Notes: a model not told the origin generated them from the sequence alone. A stretch of 32,000 bases of DNA from Acaryochloris thomasi RCC1774 (GCF_003231495.1 NZ_PQWO01000010.1:1-32000), one strand, 5' to 3'; shown: positions 8,224 through 13,987, counted from the first letter of the stretch. Numbers and translations: made by a program.

Positions 8224-8267
8224 GCTGCGTTGGCCCCCCCGGCCCCCCAATTCTGGGGGGAGAGTGG
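8224..8267 (+). repeat. G6/C6 repeat element, copy 2; left inverted repeat of the SMI1/KNR4 cassette
   Basis: CTGCGTTGGCCCCCC[cggcccccc]AATTCTGGGGGGAGAGTGG. It matches the reverse complement of 9221..9255 apart from a 9-nt duplication and a few mismatches. Confidence 0.7.
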
Positions 8268-8432
8268 CTGTAGGTTTTGGTTTTGTGGCAGGTTGGTTTG
8301 GATGAGTTGCGATCGCAACATGCCTCACCCTCACGAACGGGTTTGCAACACTCCTCATTAGATATGGCTAACTAATGGCTGCTGAAGACGTAATTGCTCC
8401 AATTCGCAGCTCAATTCTGTGGATCAGGTACC

Positions 8433-9110
8433 TTAATGGTTCTTAGCTTTTTGTCGCTTGTATTCGTAAAAAGCTTCATGCGCTTGCTTTTGGTCAGGAT
8501 ATTGCTGCATAAATTGAGCATATTTACGATCCTCTTCTTGAAACTCCGCGAGATCTGTAACAGCGATCAGGCCACCATATTCCTCTGAGAACGTGTAAGT
8601 GCCAGCATGAAGCTCATCAGCAAAGTTAGCTAACAAGGCTCTGAAAGATGGAGCCGACACCTCCATATCGAGGTCATCATGAATCAAAACTATAACTTGC
8701 CCTACTTGACCCTCTGGAGACGGATCTAGATCTAGACAACAGTGATCACCACACCCATTCCCCAACAGAGGAATCCATCGGAGATTGAACAAATCTGGCT
8801 TAATTGGTCCCTCTATTTCACGTTGAAAGTCTATTAGTGGCTCTGTTTCCAAAACCTCTCTCCAGATATCCCATTGACGAAAGATGTCCTCCAGAGAATA
8901 AAACTCTGTCCAGCCACTGAGAAAACCTTCCTCATCAAGCCTCCCGTTGTGAATTCGGTAAGACTCTCTCACATCTTCTGGGAACTCAATACCAAGCTTT
9001 GTCTCTGCATTCTTAATATCCTCTTCCGACGCACCTGGTTGAAGGAGAGGGATGATACTTGGTGCGTGAATAGCTAAGCCTGCCTCAATTCGATCCCAGA
9101 TTTCTTGCAT
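8433..9110 (-). CDS. SMI1/KNR4-family protein (immunity-protein-like fold)
   Basis: 225 aa. The stretch ASEEDIKNAETKLGIEFPEDVRESYRIHNG is the characteristic SMI1/KNR4 N-terminal motif. Confidence 0.75.
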   Translation of the reverse strand: MQEIWDRIEAGLAIHAPSIIPLLQPGASEEDIKNAETKLGIEFPEDVRESYRIHNGRLDEEGFLSGWTEFYSLEDIFRQWDIWREVLETEPLIDFQREIEGPIKPDLFNLRWIPLLGNGCGDHCCLDLDPSPEGQVGQVIVLIHDDLDMEVSAPSFRALLANFADELHAGTYTFSEEYGGLIAVTDLAEFQEEDRKYAQFMQQYPDQKQAHEAFYEYKRQKAKNH

Positions 9111-9220
9111 GCTCTTTGTTCTCTACCGCTTATGTTGAGAGGTCTCAGGTTCTTGTCCTCCCATGCTAACCGTAGTATTAGCCAGTGTTACAACGCCGCT
9201 AGAGTTCTTCGCTTTTGAAG

Positions 9221-9255
9221 CGACTCTCCCTCAGAATTGGGGGGCCAACGCAGAG
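9221..9255 (-). repeat. G6/C6 repeat element, copy 3; right inverted repeat of the SMI1/KNR4 cassette
   Basis: CGACTCTCCCTCAGAATTGGGGGGCCAACGCAGAG. Its reverse complement aligns with 8224..8267, and it shares GGGGGGC(T/C)AA(T/C)GCAGAG with 4545..4560. Confidence 0.7.
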
Positions 9256-9287
9256 CCTAACGGCCCAAACCAACCACCCCCAATCCT

Positions 9288-10583
9288 CTACTGAGCAACC
9301 CCAACCGACATCACCCGATCGCGGAACCACTTCTTCCCCGCATCAGTGACAGCCCTGTTTACATCCTTCCAAGAAAGCTGAGCCACTTCAAGTTCAGCCC
9401 CGCTCTCCTTCTGGACATCCATCGCCAGCCACTTCAGAAACGCCCCCATCTGAGATATCTCCAAACAACCGCTGCAGGCTTCAGTCACCCCCTGCTCCAA
9501 CCGAGCAGAAGTCACCACCAGATCCACAAACTGATCAATACTTTTGACCCGCTCAGGATCAAGCTGCACCGGCTTTTTGGTCTTAACTACCTGATGCTTT
9601 TCCCCCTTAGCCTTGAACATCAGCTCAGGATAGGTGAGACGATCAGCCGGGATGCTCTGGGGATAAAGCACAACACCTTCCCCCAAACCTTCAATCCCGA
9701 AGGTATCCTTCACCCAAGGATCGGTGTGTTCCACCTCAGTCACGAGTTGATTGATCGCTGTAGCAGCAGATTCCAACTGGTCTCGGCTACCGTAATCCAG
9801 CGTCAATGGCTCCCCCATGAAAGGCAGCACAAACACATCAGGGTGAGCAGGCAAAAGCTCAGCAATCTTCTCTGGATCAACCTCCAGCTTGGCGACTTCG
9901 TTTTCGACCCCGCCGGTCTGAACTGCAAAAACAGCAAAGATTTTGCGATCGATTTGAGAGATCGCCGTCCGTTTCTGAATTCCCTGACCGCACCATTCAC
10001 CAAACAGGGTGAGATGTTCACGGCCCGCCAACCGAGCGAAATAGTCGATGTGCTGGCTCACCCAATGGGCAAAGCCCATGTTGTCATCGCCCGGCGTAAT
10101 AATCTGAGAACGACTCTGAGCCGCCACCCGACCATCCGAGAACACCTGTACCCCAGCATTGGTACCATCCAGCTTAATTTTGGCTCGATAGGTCACTACC
10201 GGAGTGGCATCCAGAGCGATCAAATTCCGACGGACGTTATAGAGCAACTCCATACTCGGCCACCGCTGTAGCTGCACCGACTGGGCGACTGACTTTTGAC
10301 AGTACAGATCAGATAAATCTTGCCCTACAGGTGCATCTGTTTTACCCAAAGCCATACCGTAGGACACTAACCCCCGCAGCCTAGTGGCTTTAATTTTAGT
10401 GCCATCTTTGAGGACGGAGTTGACTTGAGCGATTGAGATGCGATCGCCCACCTCATAAACCCGCTCCAAATTAGCAATAATCTGAATCGCGGGGCATCCC
10501 GGAGCCTGCATTGCATAGACCTTGAGCGCATCAGCATTCAGATGCTGATTGACGCTTTTAACTTCCATAACCATGACAGTCAT
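9288..10583 (-). CDS. ATP-dependent RNA ligase (Rnl5/DraRnl-like nucleotidyltransferase) with an N-terminal OB, tRNA-binding-like module
   Basis: Ligase motifs are I KLDGTN, III/IIIa LFGEWCGQGIQ, IV GEGVVLYP and V FKAKGEKH. The N-terminal ~90 aa (LNADALKVY...GDRISIAQVNSVLKDGTKIKATRLRGLVSYGMAL) resemble a Trbp111/CsaA-type OB fold. An AAGGAGG RBS lies 7 nt upstream of the ATG at 10583. Confidence 0.8.
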   Translation of the reverse strand: MTVMVMEVKSVNQHLNADALKVYAMQAPGCPAIQIIANLERVYEVGDRISIAQVNSVLKDGTKIKATRLRGLVSYGMALGKTDAPVGQDLSDLYCQKSVAQSVQLQRWPSMELLYNVRRNLIALDATPVVTYRAKIKLDGTNAGVQVFSDGRVAAQSRSQIITPGDDNMGFAHWVSQHIDYFARLAGREHLTLFGEWCGQGIQKRTAISQIDRKIFAVFAVQTGGVENEVAKLEVDPEKIAELLPAHPDVFVLPFMGEPLTLDYGSRDQLESAATAINQLVTEVEHTDPWVKDTFGIEGLGEGVVLYPQSIPADRLTYPELMFKAKGEKHQVVKTKKPVQLDPERVKSIDQFVDLVVTSARLEQGVTEACSGCLEISQMGAFLKWLAMDVQKESGAELEVAQLSWKDVNRAVTDAGKKWFRDRVMSVGVAQ

Positions 10584-10665
10584 CACACACCTCCTTTGGT
10601 TAGCTGACTACGGTGAATAACATAAACAATAGAGAGACTTAGCTCCCTCACCCCAGGGGGGATGA

Positions 10666-10738
10666 TGGGCTGTGTAGGGATCGAACCTACGCACTTTCGC
10701 TTAAGAGGCGACTGCTCTACCAACTGAGCTAACAACCC
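10666..10738 (-). tRNA. tRNA-Lys(CUU), no CCA
   Basis: Acceptor GGGTTGT/ACAGCCC with A73. D arm GCTC-AGTTGGTA-GAGC. Anticodon arm GTCGC-CTCTTAA-GCGAA. T arm GTAGG-TTCGATC-CCTAC. Confidence 0.85.
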
Positions 10739-10813
10739 TGGTGGGCCGCCCAGGGGTTGAACCTGGATCTATCCGCTTAAAAGGCGGCTGCATATCCGCT
10801 CTGCCAGCGGCCC
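10739..10813 (-). tRNA. tRNA-Lys(UUU), CCA encoded
   Basis: Acceptor GGGCCGC/GCGGCCC with A73-CCA. Anticodon loop CTTTTAA. T arm CCAGG-TTCAACC-CCTGG. It abuts the previous gene with no spacer. Confidence 0.8.
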
Positions 10814-10815
10814 AT

Positions 10816-10893
<78 letters not shown>

Positions 10894-10897
10894 GAAG

Positions 10898-10971
10898 TAC
10901 TCCTGGTGGGAGTCGAACCCACAACCTCTGGTGTCTAAGACCAGCGCCTCTTCCGGTTGGGCTACAGGAGT
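10898..10971 (-). tRNA. tRNA with Leu anticodon UAG but a short variable region; no CCA
   Basis: Acceptor ACTCCTG/CAGGAGT with A73. Anticodon arm CTGGT-CTTAGAC-ACCAG. Variable region AGGTT. T arm GTGGG-TTCGACT-CCCAC. Confidence 0.7.
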
Positions 10972-10979
10972 ATGAACAG

Positions 10980-11054
10980 TCCGAGTGGCAGGATTTGAAC
11001 CTGCGACATCCTGGCCCCAAACCAGGCGCGCTGACCAAGCTGCGCCACACTCGG
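10980..11054 (-). tRNA. tRNA-Pro(UGG), no CCA
   Basis: C1:G72 acceptor CCGAGTG/CACTCGG with A73. Anticodon arm CCTGG-TTTGGGG-CCAGG (G37). T arm GCAGG-TTCAAAT-CCTGC. Confidence 0.85.
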
Positions 11055-11059
11055 ATACT

Positions 11060-11135
11060 TGGTACTCCCGGTGAGACTTGAACTCACAACCTCTGGTGCT
11101 TGAAACCAGCGCCTCTTCCCATTGGGCTACAGGAG
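11060..11135 (-). tRNA. tRNA with Leu anticodon CAA but a short variable region; CCA encoded
   Basis: Acceptor GCTCCTG/CGGGAGT with A73. Anticodon arm CTGGT-TTCAAGC-ACCAG. Variable region AGGTT. T arm GTGAG-TTCAAGT-CTCAC. It is near-identical to 10898..10971 outside the anticodon loop. Confidence 0.7.
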
Positions 11136-11191
11136 CATAAAAAATTGAGAACTTGAAAAACGGATCTCGGAACTGTTCTCCGAATACCCGA

Positions 11192-11265
11192 TACTCCTGG
11201 CGGGAGTCGAACCCACAACAAACTGTGTTTAAGACAGCCGCGTCTACCAATTGCGCCACAGGAGT
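11192..11265 (-). tRNA. tRNA with Leu anticodon UAA but a short variable region; no CCA and no intron
   Basis: Acceptor ACTCCTG/CAGGAGT with A73. Anticodon arm GCTGT-CTTAAAC-ACAGT. Variable region TTGTT. T arm GTGGG-TTCGACT-CCCGC. Confidence 0.7.
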
Positions 11266-11320
11266 AAGAAAAGGAGACGTGAAGAGATCCAGGCAAATGG
11301 TCACTTTCAACAACCTCCAA

Positions 11321-11417
11321 CTGCCCCGCCAGGGTTCGTTCGCGTCAGCGTTTCCGAAGGAAATACCTAGAATTTCGCTGTCAAAGAGCGAAGTGTTTCC
11401 AGTTACACCACAGGGCA
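11321..11417 (-). tRNA. tRNA-Gln(UUG)-like gene with ~25 extra nt inside the T-loop (pseudogene or interrupted tRNA)
   Basis: U1:A72 acceptor TGCCCTG/CGGGGCA with G73. D arm GTGT-AACTGGAA-ACAC. Anticodon arm TCGCT-CTTTGAC-AGCGA. T stem CTAGG/CCTGG encloses 32 nt, including hairpin TTTCC-TTC-GGAAA. Confidence 0.45.
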
Positions 11418-11422
11418 AGGAA

Positions 11423-11497
11423 TGGATGCCGAGGTAGGGGTTGCACCTACAACCTCCTGATTCAGAGTCAGGCGACTTGCTATTCGTCCACTCGGCA
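11423..11497 (-). tRNA. tRNA-Gln(CUG), T-loop with G55, CCA encoded
   Basis: U1:A72 acceptor TGCCGAG/CTCGGCA. Anticodon arm CCTGA-CTCTGAA-TCAGG. T arm GTAGG-TGCAACC-CCTAC. Confidence 0.75.
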
Positions 11498-11502
11498 ATG
11501 AA

Positions 11503-11577
11503 TGGCTGGAGCGAGAGGAATCGAACCTCCAACTACCTGATTAACAGTCAGGCGTTCTGCCAGTTGAACTACACTCC
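11503..11577 (-). tRNA. tRNA-Asn(GUU), CCA encoded
   Basis: Acceptor TGGAGTG/CGCTCCA with G73. D arm GTTC-AACTGGCA-GAAC. Anticodon arm CCTGA-CTGTTAA-TCAGG. T arm GGAGG-TTCGATT-CCTCT. Confidence 0.85.
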
Positions 11578-11583
11578 ATCAAG

Positions 11584-11656
11584 CCCCCCAGGTCGGTTTT
11601 GAGCCGACGACCTCCTGTACTTCACACAGGCGCTACTACCTCTGAGCTACCGGGGG
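11584..11656 (-). tRNA. tRNA-Phe(GAA), atypical (C1:G72, G73, C54 in the T-loop), no CCA
   Basis: Acceptor CCCCCGG/CTGGGGG. Anticodon arm CCTGT-GTGAAGT-ACAGG. T arm GTCGG-CTCAAAA-CCGAC. Confidence 0.65.
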
Positions 11657-11681
11657 ATAAATTGACTTGCACAATTGGAAT

Positions 11682-11758
11682 TGGCGAGAACGGAAGGACT
11701 TGAACCCTCAATCTTCAGATTCGTAGTCTGAGATGTTATCCAGTTACACCACGTTCTC
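11682..11758 (-). tRNA. tRNA-Arg(ACG), CCA encoded
   Basis: Acceptor GAGAACG/CGTTCTC with G73. Anticodon arm TCAGA-CTACGAA-TCTGA. T arm GAGGG-TTCAAGT-CCTTC. Confidence 0.8.
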
Positions 11759-11762
11759 AAAG

Positions 11763-11846
11763 CGGAGAGAGAGGGAATCGAACCCCCAGTGGACTAAATC
11801 CACGACTGTTTAGCAAACAGATTGCCTTGCCAATGGCGATCTCTCC
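11763..11846 (-). tRNA. tRNA-Ser(GCU), class II, no CCA
   Basis: Acceptor GGAGAGA/TCTCTCC with G73. Anticodon loop TTGCTAA. Variable-arm hairpin GTGGA-TTTAG-TCCAC. T arm GGGGG-TTCGATT-CCCTC. Confidence 0.8.
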
Positions 11847-11851
11847 ATGTT

Positions 11852-11936
11852 TGGTAGGTCGGGCAGGAATTGAACCTGCAACGCAATCAGCGACTGCTTT
11901 ACAGGCAGTTGCCCACACCAGTAGGCGAGCCGACCT
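11852..11936 (-). tRNA. tRNA-Tyr(GUA), class II, CCA encoded
   Basis: Acceptor AGGTCGG/CCGACCT with A73. Anticodon arm ACTGC-CTGTAAA-GCAGT. It has a long variable arm. T arm GCAGG-TTCAATT-CCTGC. Confidence 0.8.
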
Positions 11937-11941
11937 ATGTG

Positions 11942-12033
11942 AATAGCGGTACACGTATCGATGAGGGCGTTCAAATGGCTGCTCCCATGTGTGCTCAAGA
12001 AGAGCTGCCCTCACTCAGCCGGGTACTGCTATT
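11942..12033. repeat. Structured spacer element S1 (~92 nt), paralogous to 12571..12661
   Basis: Outer stem AATAGCGGTAC/GTACTGCTATT. Conserved blocks ACACGTATCGATGAGG and CCTCACTCAGCCGGGT. Inner stem GAGGGC/GCCCTC. Confidence 0.7.
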
Positions 12034-12109
12034 GGGAGTGGTGACGGGGATTGAACCCGCAATCACTTGGATGAAAGCCAAGCCGCTTAAGCCATTTGCG
12101 TACACCACT
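12033..12109 (-). tRNA. tRNA-Glu(UUC), CCA encoded
   Basis: Acceptor AGTGGTG/CACCACT. Anticodon arm CTTGG-CTTTCAT-CCAAG. T arm GCGGG-TTCAATC-CCCGT. Confidence 0.75.
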
Positions 12110-12118
12110 TCATGAACT

Positions 12119-12141
12119 GCCTGAACCAAACCAGTTCAGGC
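12119..12141. other. Inter-tRNA stem-loop (8-bp stem), possibly a processing or attenuation hairpin
   Basis: GCCTGAAC-caaacca-GTTCAGGC, between tRNA-Trp and tRNA-Glu. No U-tract follows on the minus strand. Confidence 0.45.
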
Positions 12142-12143
12142 AA

Positions 12144-12214
12144 CGCGGAGACTAGGATTTGAACCCAGAACATCAGCTTTGGAGGCTGAGGTGTTGCCAT
12201 TACACCATCCCCGC
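12144..12214 (-). tRNA. tRNA-Trp(CCA), no encoded CCA end
   Basis: Acceptor GCGGGGA/TCTCCGC. D arm GTGT-AATGGCA-ACAC. Anticodon arm TCAGC-CTCCAAA-GCTGA. T arm CTGGG-TTCAAAT-CCTAG. Confidence 0.8.
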
Positions 12215-12219
12215 ATATT

Positions 12220-12304
12220 GCAACTGGCGTATTGATTAGGACGTCTTAAAGGTTGAACCCGATCTAGAGTGTTCTTCCATCGTCTTAACTCAACAGTCAG
12301 TTGC
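12220..12304. other. tRNA-sized (85 nt) element closed by a perfect 7-bp stem, without a recognisable cloverleaf
   Basis: GCAACTG ... CAGTTGC termini. Inside are a GGGTTCAACC T-loop-like remnant (minus strand) and the direct repeat TTAAGACG. Confidence 0.35.
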
Positions 12305-12310
12305 GATAGG

Positions 12311-12382
12311 TTGCAGTGGCGGGAGTTGAACCCGCATCTTCTTGGTTATGAGCCAAGCGCCTTGCCGTTAGGCTACACTGCG
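12311..12382 (-). tRNA. Initiator-like tRNA-Met(CAU) with a C1xA72 mismatch, no CCA
   Basis: 5' CGCAGTG and 3' CACTGCA give unpaired C1/A72, with A73. D arm GCCT-AACGGCA-AGGC. Anticodon arm CTTGG-CTCATAA-CCAAG. T arm GCGGG-TTCAACT-CCCGC. Confidence 0.75.
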
Positions 12383-12387
12383 CCACT

Positions 12388-12463
12388 TGGAGTCCAGGGT
12401 GGGATTTGAACCCACGATATCGATGTTGCAGACCGACGCCTTTGAGCACTTGGCAACCTGGAC
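12388..12463 (-). tRNA. tRNA-Cys(GCA), CCA encoded
   Basis: Acceptor GTCCAGG/CCTGGAC with U73. Anticodon arm TCGGT-CTGCAAC-ATCGA. T arm GTGGG-TTCAAAT-CCCAC. Confidence 0.85.
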
Positions 12464-12497
12464 ACATGACTAATGACAAATTGTCGCTAGCAATAAG

Positions 12498-12571
12498 AAG
12501 TCTCGACGGGAGTTGCACCCGCTTCTCCTTGGCTGAGAACCAAAGCGACTTATCTAATCGTCCACGAGATA
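12498..12571 (-). tRNA. tRNA-Glu(CUC)-like, frayed acceptor end, T-loop with G55; possible pseudogene
   Basis: Anticodon arm TTTGG-TTCTCAG-CCAAG. T arm GCGGG-TGCAACT-CCCGT. Only 5 of 7 acceptor pairs form (TATCTCG/CGAGACT). Confidence 0.45.
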
Positions 12572-12661
12572 TGGCGACACACGTATTGATGAGGACATCA
12601 TCTTGAGCAAAGAAACGATGGGTTCAAACACCAATGTCCTCACTCAGCCGGGTGTTGCCAT
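12571..12661. repeat. Structured spacer element S2 (~91 nt), paralogous to 11942..12033
   Basis: Outer stem ATGGCGACAC/GTGTTGCCAT. Conserved blocks ACACGTATTGATGAGG and CCTCACTCAGCCGGGT. Inner stem GAGGACAT/ATGTCCTC. Confidence 0.7.
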
Positions 12662-12669
12662 ACTTGTAA

Positions 12670-12744
12670 CGGGGGAAACGAGATTCGAACTCGCGATCTT
12701 TCGCTCGACAGGCGACTGCTTTAGACCGGCTAAGCTACACCCCC
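12670..12744 (-). tRNA. tRNA-Asp(GUC), first gene of the array, no CCA
   Basis: Acceptor GGGGGTG/TTCCCCC (one U:U) with G73. D arm GCTT-AGCCGGTCTA-AAGC. Anticodon loop CTGTCGA. T arm GCGAG-TTCGAAT-CTCGT. Confidence 0.75.
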
Positions 12745-12911
12745 AGAAATGGCGGTCAATGCATTGAGTCAGACGTTTAATCGCTTTAACGATTCGGGAG
12801 AAGGCTCCCATTTCTACACTCAGTTGTTGACTGCCAAAATGTGGCAAATAATATTCAGTTGTCTAGGTTCAGAAATTGTTTTTGGCCCCGAAGGTGGAGC
12901 GCATTACATTT

Positions 12912-12952
12912 ATACTACAAACATACTACATAAATGTCAAGGGCATACTACA
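12912..12952 (-). promoter_or_regulatory. Candidate sigma70-type promoter of the tRNA island, overlaid by three phased TGTAGTAT repeats
   Basis: The minus strand reads cttGTAGTATgcccTTGACAtttaTGTAGTATgtttGTAGTATaaatg. This gives -35 TTGACA (12940..12935), a 17-nt spacer and -10 TAGTAT (12917..12912). Repeat copies are at 12912-12919, 12923-12930 and 12945-12952, spaced 11 and 22 bp. Confidence 0.5.
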
Positions 12953-12971
12953 AGATTTTTCAGATCCTTCT

Positions 12972-13022
12972 AAAAAAGGAGAGGATGGGCTACCTCAAGA
13001 GAGTCAAAACCACCTCTCCTTT
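12972..13022 (-). terminator. Rho-independent terminator of the upstream 127-aa gene
   Basis: On the minus strand, AAAGGAGAGG ... CCTCTCCTTT forms a 10-bp stem followed by TTT, giving a U-run of six in total. Confidence 0.6.
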
Positions 13023-13033
13023 ATGGGTTTGAG

Positions 13034-13417
13034 CTAAATTACAGACGTGAGGGGTAAACCCGCCGCATGCCACAAACGATGAAGAATGAGTTCAGTCTCA
13101 TAGTCGTAGGCTGCGAGAAACATCCCTTCATGGGCGTCGATGGTTTGAGCCATCCAGGTGCCGCCGAGATCAACTTCGACATATTCGGCATCGACACAGG
13201 TGATCTCTAGGGTCTCGGCATATCGGTGCAGAGCCGCATCTAGAGCCTCCAGTCCAGGCGCTTGGATGGGAAGCAAGAAAGACGCTAGGCCCATCTCGAC
13301 GTGCAGGCTTCGACCGATGCGAACGCTCAAAATCACGTGCTGAGAGACCACCGCCTCTAGGGAAGCTGCTTCGTAGTCCATGTGCAGCCCCAGTTCGGTG
13401 TAAATCAATTTCAACAT
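13034..13417 (-). CDS. Hypothetical protein (127 aa)
   Basis: Intact ORF with a GGAGA RBS-like sequence upstream and its own terminator. I recognise no family. Confidence 0.5.
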   Translation of the reverse strand: MLKLIYTELGLHMDYEAASLEAVVSQHVILSVRIGRSLHVEMGLASFLLPIQAPGLEALDAALHRYAETLEITCVDAEYVEVDLGGTWMAQTIDAHEGMFLAAYDYETELILHRLWHAAGLPLTSVI

Positions 13418-13474
13418 CTTAGCTGTCTCCTAAAGTCTGGGTTTAGTGAAGGAGAACAGAGACGGCCCTAGTTC

Positions 13475-13987
13475 TCAGGGTGTGGGCTGGCTTTTCCAAA
13501 ACTGGTCGGCAAACGCCACGGCGGGATGGATCGGTGCTTTGGGTTTGGTGAACAAGGTCATGCCTGCTTGTTTGGGGGTGCGATCGCTTTTCCCACAGTT
13601 ACAAGATTCACAGGCGGCAACCACGTTGTCCCAGGTGTGCAGTCCACCCTTTGAGCGCGGAATCACGTGATCGAGCGTCAGCTTCCGGCTGCTGTTGCAG
13701 TACTGGCAGCGATGCTGATCACGCTTGAGGACTTCGCGCCGATTCACCGGAGGAATCTTCCACTGGCGCTCTGGGTTGCCCATCAACAGGCGGATGTGTT
13801 CTGAGACCTGGAGGATCGTGGAGGGCGATCGCACTTCCCACATCTGGGTATTACCAAAGTCCAGCGCCTCAGCCTGTTCCGTCACCAGCAGCACAATGGC
13901 GCGCTTAATGTTGATCTTGGCTAGGGGTAAATACGCCTTGGAAAAGACCACCACGGAATTTTGTAATACGGCGTGTTGTACAGTCAT
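13475..13987 (-). CDS. HNH endonuclease (McrA-like)
   Basis: HNH core CQYCNSSRKLTLDHVIPRSKGGLHTWDNVVAACESCNCGK. Confidence 0.85.
   Translation of the reverse strand: MTVQHAVLQNSVVVFSKAYLPLAKINIKRAIVLLVTEQAEALDFGNTQMWEVRSPSTILQVSEHIRLLMGNPERQWKIPPVNRREVLKRDQHRCQYCNSSRKLTLDHVIPRSKGGLHTWDNVVAACESCNCGKSDRTPKQAGMTLFTKPKAPIHPAVAFADQFWKSQPTP

Noticed and set aside
9172-9178. A single GTAGTAT heptamer upstream of the SMI1/KNR4 gene, considered as a further operator copy.
   Set aside because: An isolated 7-mer is expected by chance several times in 32 kb. Only the phased triplet and the palindrome are treated as meaningful.
9594-10271. A 225-aa plus-strand ORF.
   Set aside because: It lies entirely antisense within the RNA ligase CDS, which has clear catalytic motifs. 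It has no RBS and no recognisable domains.
11192-11265. A group I intron might be expected in a cyanobacterial tRNA-Leu(UAA), and similarly in the CAU tRNAs.
   Set aside because: The anticodon loops are uninterrupted 7-nt loops, and the genes are only 72-77 nt long.
11942-12661. I considered whether the GATGAG / CTGAGTGA motifs in the S1/S2 spacers mark a hammerhead ribozyme or a box C/D-like k-turn, or whether the elements are integron attC sites.
   Set aside because: On neither strand is there a CUGAUGA...GAAA core with three helices. The candidate GA residues are Watson-Crick or wobble paired in the extended stem. There are no GTTRRRY/RYYYAAC attC boxes and no integrase nearby.
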